A stretch of 64,000 bases of DNA from an uncultured Gemmatimonadales bacterium (GTDB lineage: Bacteria; Gemmatimonadota; Gemmatimonadetes; Longimicrobiales; RSA9): NCBI GenBank assembly GCA_963708135.1, contig OY970192.1, positions 384,001-448,000 of the forward strand. Direction: 5' to 3'. Below the pieces are notes generated by a model. The model saw nothing but the letters and a program-made list of their open reading frames with translations. It made no database searches and was not told where the DNA came from. A program made the translations under genes and the position numbers. This document shows, in pieces, positions 19,425-27,350 of the stretch (within the stretch, counting starts at the first letter, position 1; each line of letters starts with the position of its first letter).

Positions 19425-20153
19425 ATGGAGCGGGAGCCCGCAACCGAGGAAACGGCCCTTCCCGCCGAACCCGGGAACGGCGCCGGTGCCGCGCCCGCTC
19501 CGGGCGAGGCCGAGACGGGCGGCACCGCGCGCCGCTCCCGCTTCGGCGCCCCCGGCGGCTTCTACTTCTACGGCGTCGTGCGCTCCCGTGGCTGGCGGCC
19601 GCCCGGCCGCTCGAGCGAGCGCGACGAGCTCCTGCGCGTCCGCTACCGCGACCTCGAGGCGCTGGTCCGCCCCGTCCCCTTCGAGCTCCCGGTGATGGAT
19701 GAGGTGCACGTCCAGGCCCACCAGCGCATGGTCGAGGGCGCCATGCGCCGCGGCACCGTGCTCCCCGCCGCGTACGGCATCATCTTCCGCGGCCGGCGCG
19801 CCGTCATCCGCTTCCTCGAGGACCAGTACCTCGCCCTCGACGAGGGGCTCGCCTTCATCGACGGCCACTGGGAGCTCCGCCTCCACGTCATCGCGACCGG
19901 CCCCGCGGAGCCCGGTCCCGAGCTCGTCGATGTCGCCCTCCACTGCTACGCCGAGCTGCGCCGCTTCGCCCGCGCCGCCGTGCCCTTCCGCCAGGACGGC
20001 CCCAGGATCCTGAGCGCCGCCTTCCTCGTGCAGCGCTCCGGCTGGATCGAGTTCGTCAACCGTGCCGAGGACCTCGGCGCGACCCACCCCGAGCTCAACT
20101 TCGACGTCACTGGTCCCTGGCCGCCCTACGACTTCGTCCGCATGACCCTCTAG
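19425..20153 (+). CDS. GvpL/GvpF-family protein (orphan; no other gvp genes in window)
   Basis: YFYGVV, HQRMVE...GTVLPAAYGIIF, AAFLV, TGPWPPYDF. Confidence 0.85.
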   Translation: MEREPATEETALPAEPGNGAGAAPAPGEAETGGTARRSRFGAPGGFYFYGVVRSRGWRPPGRSSERDELLRVRYRDLEALVRPVPFELPVMDEVHVQAHQRMVEGAMRRGTVLPAAYGIIFRGRRAVIRFLEDQYLALDEGLAFIDGHWELRLHVIATGPAEPGPELVDVALHCYAELRRFARAAVPFRQDGPRILSAAFLVQRSGWIEFVNRAEDLGATHPELNFDVTGPWPPYDFVRMTL

Positions 20154-20168
20154 GCGACGCCGCCGGCG

Positions 20169-22469
20169 ATGCTGCTCGAGGTCTCGCTCCCCGTCCCGCT
20201 GCCCCGAACCTTCACCTATCGCCTCGAGCGGGAGGGGCCGCCGCCCGCGCCCGGGACCCGCGTGCGCGTGCCCTTCGGCCGGCGTACCCTCGTGGGCTGG
20301 GTCCTCGGCACGGGCCGCCACGAGCCGGACGCCCGCCTCCGGGACGTGCAGCAGGTCCTCGACCTCGACGGCCCCAGCGTCACGCCCGAGCTGCTCCGCC
20401 TCTGCCGCTGGATCGCCGACTACTACCTGGCCCCCCTCGGCCAGGTGCTCCGTACCGCCCTCCCCGCCGTCCTCTCGGATACCGCCCGCGACGAGCCGCC
20501 CGTGCGCACCCGCCGTGTGCTGCGCCTCACCGCCGAGCTGCCCAGCCTGCTCCAGCGCGAGGAGGTGTTCGGCCGCGCCCACCGGCAGCGCGCCTGCTTC
20601 GAGCTGCTCGAGGCCACCGGCCGCGTCGCCGAGGTCACGCACCTCACCCGGCACAGCGGCTTCTCCTACACCGTCCTGAACGGCCTCGTGGAGCGGGGCC
20701 TGGCCGAGATCATCGAGGAGGAGGTCGAGCGCGACCCTTTCGCCGGCACCGCCGAGCCGCCGGCGCCCGATCTCACGCCCACCCCCGCCCAGGCCGCCGC
20801 CATCGCCACCCTGCGCGCGGCCGCCGACGGCCCGCAGGCCGCCCCGCCCGCCCCGTTCCTGCTCCGCGGCGTCACCGGCTCGGGCAAGACCCTCGTCTAC
20901 ATCGAGCTCCTCGAGGAAGTCGTCGTGCGGCAGGGCCGCGGCGCCATCGTCCTCGTCCCCGAGATCGCGCTCACGCCCCAGACCGTCTCCCGCTTCCGCG
21001 CCCGCTTCGGCGACGCCATCGCCGTCCTGCATTCCGCCCTCTCCGAGGGCGAGCGCTACGACGCCTGGCGCGCCCTCCTCGCCGGCGAGCGCCGCATCGC
21101 CGTCGGCGCGCGCTCCGCCATCTTCGCCCCCGTCCGCGACCTCGGCGCCATTGTCGTGGACGAGGAGCACGAGGGCAGCTACAAGCAGTCGGAGACCCCC
21201 CGCTACCACGCCCGCGAGCTGGCCGTCGTGCGCGCCCGCATGGCCGGCGCCGTCTGCGTCCTCGGCAGCGCCACTCCCTCCCTTGAGAGCTGGAACAACG
21301 CCCTGCGCGGCAAGTTCCGCCTCCTCGAGCTGCCTACCCGCGTCGAGGGCCGCCCCCTCCCCCCCGTCCAGGTCGTGGACATGCGCCGCTCCCGCGCCAG
21401 GCCGGAGCCCGGCCCGGCGGGCGGCATGGGGACCGGCCTGGCCGCGTCGGGTCGCGGAGACGGGATCCTCTCTCCCGCGCTCCACGCTGCCGTCCGCGCG
21501 CGCCTGGAGCGCAGCGAGCAGATCATCCTGCTCCTCAACAGGCGCGGCTACTCGACGTTCGTGCAATGCCGGGACTGCGGCCACGTGTGGCACTGCGAGC
21601 AGTGTAACGTGTCGCTCACCTACCATCGTCGCCGCCGACGGGTGGTCTGCCACTACTGCATGCACGAGGAGCCCGCCCCGGCGCGTTGCCCGGACTGCGG
21701 CTCCGCCGACATCGCCTTCAGGGGGGTCGGCACGGAGCAGGTCGAGCGCAGCGTCATCGAGGCGTTCCCCGCCGCCCGCGTCGCCCGCATGGACGTCGAT
21801 ACCACCTCGCGCAAGTGGTCCCACCACGAGATCCTCTCCCGCGTCGGCCGCCTCGAGGTGGACATCCTGCTCGGCACTCAAATGATCGCCAAGGGGCTCG
21901 ATTTCCCCGGCGTGACCCTGGTCGGCGTGATCAACGCCGACGTCGGCATGAACCTCCCCGACTTCCGCGCCAGCGAGCGCACCTTCCAGCTCCTCACGCA
22001 GGTCGCCGGGCGCGCCGGCCGCGGGCCGCGCGGCGGCGAGGTCCTCGTCCAGACCGCGCTCCCCACCCACTACGCCATCCGCGCCGCGCTCGAGCACGAC
22101 TACCGCGGCTTCGCCGAGCAGGAGCTCGAGGAGCGCCGCGGGCCCGACTACCCGCCCCACTGCCGCATGCTGAACGTCGTCCTCAGCGGCCTCGACCAGA
22201 ACCTCGTCCACGCCGCCGCCGAGGAGACGGCCGCCTGGGTCCGCGACGCCCTCCGCGGCGCCGGCGAGGCCCGCGTGCGCCTGACCGGCCCCGCCCCCTG
22301 CCCCATCGACCGCATCCGCGGCCGCTGGCGCTGGCACCTCCTCCTCCGCAGCGCCAGCCCCGGCGCCATCGGCGCCATCGGCCGCGCCCTCGCCGAGGCG
22401 TTCGACCTCCGCCCCGGCCCCGCCCGCCTCCGCGTCATCCTCGACCGCGACCCCGTGTCGCTGCTTTAG
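20169..22469 (+). CDS. priA: Primosomal protein N' (replication restart helicase)
   Basis: GVTGSGKT, LVPEIALTPQ, VDEEHEGSYKQ, LGSATPS, four CxxC zinc motifs, GTQMIAKGLDFP, QVAGRAGR. Confidence 0.98.
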   Translation: MLLEVSLPVPLPRTFTYRLEREGPPPAPGTRVRVPFGRRTLVGWVLGTGRHEPDARLRDVQQVLDLDGPSVTPELLRLCRWIADYYLAPLGQVLRTALPAVLSDTARDEPPVRTRRVLRLTAELPSLLQREEVFGRAHRQRACFELLEATGRVAEVTHLTRHSGFSYTVLNGLVERGLAEIIEEEVERDPFAGTAEPPAPDLTPTPAQAAAIATLRAAADGPQAAPPAPFLLRGVTGSGKTLVYIELLEEVVVRQGRGAIVLVPEIALTPQTVSRFRARFGDAIAVLHSALSEGERYDAWRALLAGERRIAVGARSAIFAPVRDLGAIVVDEEHEGSYKQSETPRYHARELAVVRARMAGAVCVLGSATPSLESWNNALRGKFRLLELPTRVEGRPLPPVQVVDMRRSRARPEPGPAGGMGTGLAASGRGDGILSPALHAAVRARLERSEQIILLLNRRGYSTFVQCRDCGHVWHCEQCNVSLTYHRRRRRVVCHYCMHEEPAPARCPDCGSADIAFRGVGTEQVERSVIEAFPAARVARMDVDTTSRKWSHHEILSRVGRLEVDILLGTQMIAKGLDFPGVTLVGVINADVGMNLPDFRASERTFQLLTQVAGRAGRGPRGGEVLVQTALPTHYAIRAALEHDYRGFAEQELEERRGPDYPPHCRMLNVVLSGLDQNLVHAAAEETAAWVRDALRGAGEARVRLTGPAPCPIDRIRGRWRWHLLLRSASPGAIGAIGRALAEAFDLRPGPARLRVILDRDPVSLL

Positions 22470-22481
22470 ACGGCAAGGCCA

Positions 22482-22511
22482 TTGCACGCCGATCTGCCCC
22501 GGCGCTAAACT
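22482..22511 (+). promoter_or_regulatory. Candidate sigma70 promoter for the HNH gene
   Basis: TTGCAC (22482-22487), N18, TAAACT (22506-22511) in an AT-richer patch after priA. Confidence 0.4.
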
Positions 22512-22594
22512 AATGTAGCCGCATCCCCGGGCCCCAACCCGAGTCGCCGGTGGCGCCGCCGCCGGCCCTGGATTCAGGAGGCGTACGTACGAGT

Positions 22595-23164
22595 ATGGGC
22601 TGCCTGGCGCTGAATGCTTCCTTCGAGCCGCTCACCATCCTCCCCGTCCGGCGCGCGCTCCGTCTCGTCATCGATCGCAAGGCCGAGATCCTCGAGGTCG
22701 ATGAGACGCGCGTGTTCCGCTCCGAGCGGCGGGACATGCCGTGCCCGTCGGTCATCCGGCTGGTCCGCTATATCCACGTTCCGCGCAAGTTCCGCCGGCA
22801 GGTGACGAACACGTTCCTGTTCGCGCGCGACGGCTACCGCTGCCAGTACTGCGGTCGCCATCGGGGACAGCTGCGGGGGCGCGAGTTCCTGACGCGGGAC
22901 CACGTGGTGCCGCTCTCGCGCGGGGGGACCAACTCCTGGCAGAACGTCGTGACGGCGTGCTCGCCCTGCAACAACCGCAAGGGGAGCCACCTGCCGCTCG
23001 AGGTGGGAATGCGTCCGATGCACCTGCCGGCCGAGCCGAACTACGTGGAGCTCGTGTGGGCCGTGCGCCGGATCACGCCGATCCAGGCCAAGTACATCCG
23101 CATGTTCTACGGTGAGGATGTGCTGCGCGCCCTGCAGACGGAGGAGCAGTCGCAGGCCTCCTGA
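22595..23164 (+). CDS. HNH endonuclease family protein (McrA-like/HNH_5)
   Basis: AGGAGG upstream; LALNASFEPL, PSVIRL, RDGYRCQYCG, TRDHVVPLSRGG, NVVTACSPCNNRKG. Confidence 0.92.
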   Translation: MGCLALNASFEPLTILPVRRALRLVIDRKAEILEVDETRVFRSERRDMPCPSVIRLVRYIHVPRKFRRQVTNTFLFARDGYRCQYCGRHRGQLRGREFLTRDHVVPLSRGGTNSWQNVVTACSPCNNRKGSHLPLEVGMRPMHLPAEPNYVELVWAVRRITPIQAKYIRMFYGEDVLRALQTEEQSQAS

Positions 23165-23192
23165 CGTGCGCCGCGCTCGCGCACGCGCCGCC

Positions 23193-23612
23193 TCATTGCC
23201 CGCTCTCCAGAAGCTCGTCCATCTTCTGCAACAGCGTCCGGATGTCGATCGGCTTGCGCACGTAGTCGTTCGCGCCGGCGTGCAGCGCCAGCTCCTTGGC
23301 GCCTTCCATGGCGGTGACGGCGATGATCGGGATGGCGTGCGTCCGGACATCGTCGCGCAGCTGCCGCGTGGCCTCGAAGCCATCGAGCACCGGCATCATG
23401 ATGTCCATCAGGATCAGGTCGGGGCTCTCGGTGAAAGCGAGATCGACGGCCTCGCGGCCGTTCGTCGCCACCAGCACGCCGTACCCGAACGCCTCCAGCA
23501 GCGCGCGCAATGCTTCACGGCTATCCATGTGATCCTCCGCGATCAGGATCGTCGCGGAGACGCCGGATGCCTCTCTCTCCGAAAGCTCTCGCATCGTGGC
23601 CGACTTCATCAT
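23193..23612 (-). CDS. Single-domain response regulator (DivK/CheY-like)
   Basis: ILIAED, PDLILMDIMMPVLDG, IPIIAVTA, YVRKP; start could be 23612, 23609 or 23594. Confidence 0.92.
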   Translation of the reverse strand: MMKSATMRELSEREASGVSATILIAEDHMDSREALRALLEAFGYGVLVATNGREAVDLAFTESPDLILMDIMMPVLDGFEATRQLRDDVRTHAIPIIAVTAMEGAKELALHAGANDYVRKPIDIRTLLQKMDELLESGQ

Positions 23613-23925
23613 CCTTGCGCTCGGGCGTGGGCACCTGGTTTCCCGCTTTCCGCCGCACCGGCCCGGGAGCGGCGTGACGCCCGGACAGCCGCCGCACCGC
23701 AGCACGTTTCATGGGCCGCAAGTATTCGGCCATGGACCCCTCCGCCGGTCGCGACCCCGGGCGTCGCCGACTGGACGGCCCACCGCCCGCCCCCTACCTT
23801 CGGCGCATGCCCGACACCCTGTTGATTCCGCGCCCCGTTGGCGCCGCCCGACCGCGGCGGCTGCGTCTGCATGAGGACCACACGTTCCACGTGGAGTGCG
23901 CTGGCGGGCGGCCGCGGGAGGATGC

Positions 23926-24228
23926 GTGAGCCGGGCCGGCGATGAAGGCGGCGTCTCCGATGCGGCCGAGCTCCCGTCCGGAGCGCGCGCCTTCGAGGTC
24001 GATGGCGCCCGCTGGCTGGCCCGCGCGGCCGGCGCGGCGGCCGCGGGAACCGGACGCCACGGCCGCGCCTTCCTCGTCTCCGTCCTGTTCGCCCTGGAGG
24101 CCGAGCCCGGCGCGCCCCGCCGCGAGGCGCTGCTGCCCCGCGGCCGGCTGGAGACGCTCTATCCGGAGGAGCTCGTCTCGTTGTTCCGCGCCGCGACGGT
24201 GCTCCCGCCGCCCCCGTCGCGAGCCTGA
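23926..24228 (+). CDS. Small hypothetical protein
   Basis: GTG at 23926 after GGGAGGA; RAFEVDGARWLAR...LETLYPEELVSLFRAA; host-like codon usage; 3' end overlaps the convergent Rieske-like gene by 70 bp. Confidence 0.6.
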   Translation: MSRAGDEGGVSDAAELPSGARAFEVDGARWLARAAGAAAAGTGRHGRAFLVSVLFALEAEPGAPRREALLPRGRLETLYPEELVSLFRAATVLPPPPSRA

Positions 24229-24554
24229 GCGGCCCCGTCCTCCAGCGCCGGTCCCACCTCCACCCGGTTGCCCGCGACGTGGATCGCATAATGCCTGATC
24301 CCCGGCCCGGGCGGCTCGACCCGGGCTCCGCAACGGATGTCGAAGGTGGCATGGTCGGACGGGCAGACGAGCAGATACCCGTTCAGTCGGCCCTCGCGGG
24401 CGAGGTTCGTGTCGTCGGTCGGGCAAAGCGCGGAAAGGGCGTAGTACGTCTGTCCCACGTTCAGCAGCGCCACCGGCTCGCCGTGCGCCTCGACCTCCCG
24501 GATCTGCCCCGGCCCCAGCTCGGCCGTGCGCAGCACCGCCTGGTACTCCTCCAT
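24159..24554 (-). CDS. Rieske ferredoxin-like protein with non-canonical ligand motifs
   Basis: GGAGGAG RBS; ELGPGQIREVE..PVALLNV..YYALSALCPTD...LVCPSDHATFDIRCG; Rieske fold pattern, but CxH/CxxH read CPT/CPSD. Confidence 0.8.
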   Translation of the reverse strand: MEEYQAVLRTAELGPGQIREVEAHGEPVALLNVGQTYYALSALCPTDDTNLAREGRLNGYLLVCPSDHATFDIRCGARVEPPGPGIRHYAIHVAGNRVEVGPALEDGAAQARDGGGGSTVAARNNETSSSG

Positions 24555-24635
24555 TGCGTCTCCTCCGGCTTCTCCTTCCCGGAAAAGGGCGCAAGAGGTG
24601 TACCCCCTGGCGGGCCGCCGATCCGCGCGCCGCGC

Positions 24636-25169
24636 TCAGCCCGCCACGGCCGGCGGAGCGTGACCCGCCGTCGCGCGCGCCGCCGCCCGGTCGTCTTCGG
24701 CGCTCGCCTCTCCAGCCTCCTCCAGCCATCGGAGCATGGCCCCCTCCTCGGCCAGGTTCCGCTCCACCAACCGCTGCACATCCCCTTCGCCCGCCGCCGC
24801 CGCGAGCCGCACGATCGCCTGGTAGAGCGAGCTCTGGTACGAGAGCAGCCGTGTCGCCATCTCCAGCTCGTAGCGCTCCGCCAGACTCGGCGTCGGCTCC
24901 GCGCCGTAGAACACCCGCCGCTCCTCGCGCAGCCCGCGCACACCGGCGCTCTGCACGAGCGGCGCATCCATCCCCATCAGCTCCAGCGAGCGCTCCAGCG
25001 TGCCCGCGTGGCGACGGGTCTCCTCCCGGTGCAGGCGCACCCGATCGCGCAACGGCTTGCTGGCGGTCTCGGTCTCGAGACGGTCCAGCACCTGCAGCGC
25101 CTGCTGCTCCGCGTCGTAGGCGACCCCGAGCTGGTGGCGCAGCATCTGCTTCAACGTCGTCAGTGGCAT
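24636..25169 (-). CDS. Ferritin-like DUF892 (YciE/YciF) family protein, degenerate
   Basis: LKQML..QLGVAYDAEQQ, LRDRVRLHREETRRH, GVRGLREE, LVERNLAEE. Confidence 0.75.
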   Translation of the reverse strand: MPLTTLKQMLRHQLGVAYDAEQQALQVLDRLETETASKPLRDRVRLHREETRRHAGTLERSLELMGMDAPLVQSAGVRGLREERRVFYGAEPTPSLAERYELEMATRLLSYQSSLYQAIVRLAAAAGEGDVQRLVERNLAEEGAMLRWLEEAGEASAEDDRAAARATAGHAPPAVAG

Positions 25170-25292
25170 TGTCCGTTGGGGAGTCCGAGGGAACTCGCCG
25201 GCCGCCGCGGGAGGCGCGGCGCCTCGACCCGGATCGGAGCAACAATCGTTCCCCTCCCACCCGCACCCGACCACTCCAGACGGAGGTCCGCC

Positions 25293-26309
25293 GTGCCAGA
25301 TGCCAACCGCAGGAGGATCCTCACCGGCGACCGCCCCACGGGCCGACTACACCTCGGCCACTGGGCCGGCAGCCTCGCCTCACGCGTCCGCCTCCAGGAT
25401 GACTACGAGTGCTTCTTCATCGTCGCCGACCTCCACTCGCTCACGACTCGCCCCGAGAAGGAGCACATCGCCGCCATCCCAGCCCATATCAGCGACATGG
25501 TCCTCGACTCCCTCGCCGCCGGAATCGATCCGGCGAAGAGCACTATCTTCCTACAGTCTGCCGTCCCACAGACCGCCGAGCTCGCCATCCTCCTCCAGAT
25601 GCTCGTCACGCTGCCACGCCTCGAGCGCATCCCCAGCATCAAGGAGATGGCCGAGGCCGCCCACCTCGACGTCCTCCCCTTCGGTCTCGTCGGCTATCCC
25701 GTCCTCCAGGCCGCCGACATCCTCCTGCCCCGCGCCCACCTCGTCCCCGTCGGCCGCGACAACGTCCCGCACGTCGAGCTCACCCGCGAGATCGCCCGCC
25801 GCTTCAACCACCTCTACGGCGAGACCTTCCCCGAGCCCGAGCCCCTCGTCAGCGACGTCCCCGTGCTCCCCGGCATCTACGGCCAGCGCAAGATGTCGAA
25901 GTCTCTCGACAACGCCATCCTCCTCTCCGACCCAGAGGACGTCGTCCGCGAGCGCGTCATGCGCATGTATACCGACCCCAAGCGCGTCCGCGCCGACATC
26001 CCCGGCACCGTCGAGGGCAACCCCGTGTTCCTCTACCACGACCTCTTCAACCCGGATACCGTCGAGATCGACGACCTCAAGCAGCGCTACCGCACGGGCC
26101 GCGTCGGGGACGTCGAGGTGAAGCGGAAGCTCGCCGCCGCGCTCAACGCCTTCCTCGAGCCCATGCGACGTCGCCGTGCCGAGCTCGCCCGCGAGCCCGA
26201 CCTCGTTCGTGACGTCCTCCACCAGGGCAACGCCCGCATGCGCGCCATGGCCCGCGACACCATGGAGCGCGTCCGCGCCGCGATGGGACTTACCTACTAC
26301 CGCGAGTAG
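25293..26309 (+). CDS. trpS: Tryptophan--tRNA ligase
   Basis: GGAGG RBS; ILTGDRPTGRLHLGH (HIGH), YPVLQAADI, VPVGRDN, KMSKS, MYTDP. Confidence 0.97.
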   Translation: MPDANRRRILTGDRPTGRLHLGHWAGSLASRVRLQDDYECFFIVADLHSLTTRPEKEHIAAIPAHISDMVLDSLAAGIDPAKSTIFLQSAVPQTAELAILLQMLVTLPRLERIPSIKEMAEAAHLDVLPFGLVGYPVLQAADILLPRAHLVPVGRDNVPHVELTREIARRFNHLYGETFPEPEPLVSDVPVLPGIYGQRKMSKSLDNAILLSDPEDVVRERVMRMYTDPKRVRADIPGTVEGNPVFLYHDLFNPDTVEIDDLKQRYRTGRVGDVEVKRKLAAALNAFLEPMRRRRAELAREPDLVRDVLHQGNARMRAMARDTMERVRAAMGLTYYRE

Positions 26310-26335
26310 CGGCCCGCTTCGTGGCTCTCCTCCTC

Positions 26336-26379
26336 TTGACTCCCCATCCCTCCCCTGCGAAACTTAGACGAACTTCTAA
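26336..26379 (+). promoter_or_regulatory. sigma70-type promoter with overlapping palindromic operator for the SdpR-like repressor
   Basis: TTGACT (26336-26341), N17, TGn-GAAACT (26359-26364); inverted repeat TTAGA-cgaact-TCTAA at 26364-26379 just before the ArsR gene. Confidence 0.6.
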
Positions 26380-26390
26380 ATGAGGGCGGC

Positions 26391-26660
26391 GTGGACCGGA
26401 CGATTCGGGCACTGGCGGATCCCACGCGGCGCGAGATCCTGAGGGCGCTGCGGGAACGGGACATGGCGGCGGGCGAGCTCGCCGCGCGCTTCCCGATCAC
26501 GGGGCCGTCGGTGTCGCATCATCTGAGCGTGCTGAAGGATGCGGGGCTGGTGACGGCGGAGCGGGAGGGGCGCAGCATCGTCTATTCGCTGAACGCGACG
26601 GTCTTCCAGGAGTTCGTCGAGGAGATGCTGGGCTTCTTCGGTGTCGGAGGTGAGCGGTGA
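26391..26660 (+). CDS. ArsR-family repressor, SdpR-like
   Basis: ALADPTRREILRAL..DMAAGELA..F..TGPSVSHHLSVLK.AGLV..EREG..IVYSLN.TVFQE. Confidence 0.92.
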   Translation: MDRTIRALADPTRREILRALRERDMAAGELAARFPITGPSVSHHLSVLKDAGLVTAEREGRSIVYSLNATVFQEFVEEMLGFFGVGGER

Positions 26661-27310
26661 GCAGGCGGTGGGTGGGCCCGCTGCTGCTGTTGGCGATGTG
26701 GGCCTTCGCGCTGGCCGTCTACCCGGCGTTGCCGGCGCGCATCCCGATGCACTGGGGCTTTCGGGGTGGCGTGGACCGGTGGGGTGGGAAATGGCCGTCG
26801 GCGTTCGTCGTGCCGCTGGCGGGCGTGGCGTTGTGGTTGCTGCTGCCGGCGCTGCGGCGGCTGGACCCGCGGCGCGGGCACTACGAGCGGTTCGAGCAGA
26901 CCTTCTGGCTGCTGGTGAACGCGCTGGTGGCGTTCATGGCGGTGGTGGAGGTGGCGCTGCTGGGCGCGGCGCTGGGTTGGGCGGTGGACATGACGCGCGT
27001 CGCGCTGGTCCTGGTGGGGCTGGTGTTCGTGGTGCTGGGCAACTACCTGCCGCGGGTCCGCTCCAACTGGTGGGTGGGGATCCGGACGCCGTGGACGCTC
27101 GAGAGCGAGCGGGTGTGGCGGGAGACGCACCGGCTGGGCGGTCGGACGTTCGTGATCGGCGGTCTGGTGACGATGGTGGCGGCGCTGCTGCCGGCGGTGG
27201 TGCGGCCCTGGGTGGCGCTGGCGGGCCTGGTGGTCGGCGGCTTCGTACCGGTCGTCTACTCGTACGTGGTCTGGCGGCGCGAGCAGCTGGAAGGGCGGAA
27301 GAACGGGTGA
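26657..27310 (+). CDS. SdpI-family immunity membrane protein
   Basis: LPARIPMHW, GNYLPRVRSNWWVGIRTPWTLESERVWRETHRLGG; GTGA overlap with the repressor. Confidence 0.92.
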   Translation: MSRRWVGPLLLLAMWAFALAVYPALPARIPMHWGFRGGVDRWGGKWPSAFVVPLAGVALWLLLPALRRLDPRRGHYERFEQTFWLLVNALVAFMAVVEVALLGAALGWAVDMTRVALVLVGLVFVVLGNYLPRVRSNWWVGIRTPWTLESERVWRETHRLGGRTFVIGGLVTMVAALLPAVVRPWVALAGLVVGGFVPVVYSYVVWRREQLEGRKNG

Positions 27311-27350
27311 GCGGGGAGACTTCCTTTCAAGGCGGGCTCCGGCCCGCGGG

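Noticed and set aside
19425..20153. Gas vesicle gene cluster
   Set aside because: Only one GvpL/F-family gene; no structural gvpA/J or gvpN/K nearby.
22595..23164. IscB/Cas9-like or group I intron HNH element
   Set aside because: Only ~189 aa, no RuvC motifs, no interrupted host gene, no flanking element ends.
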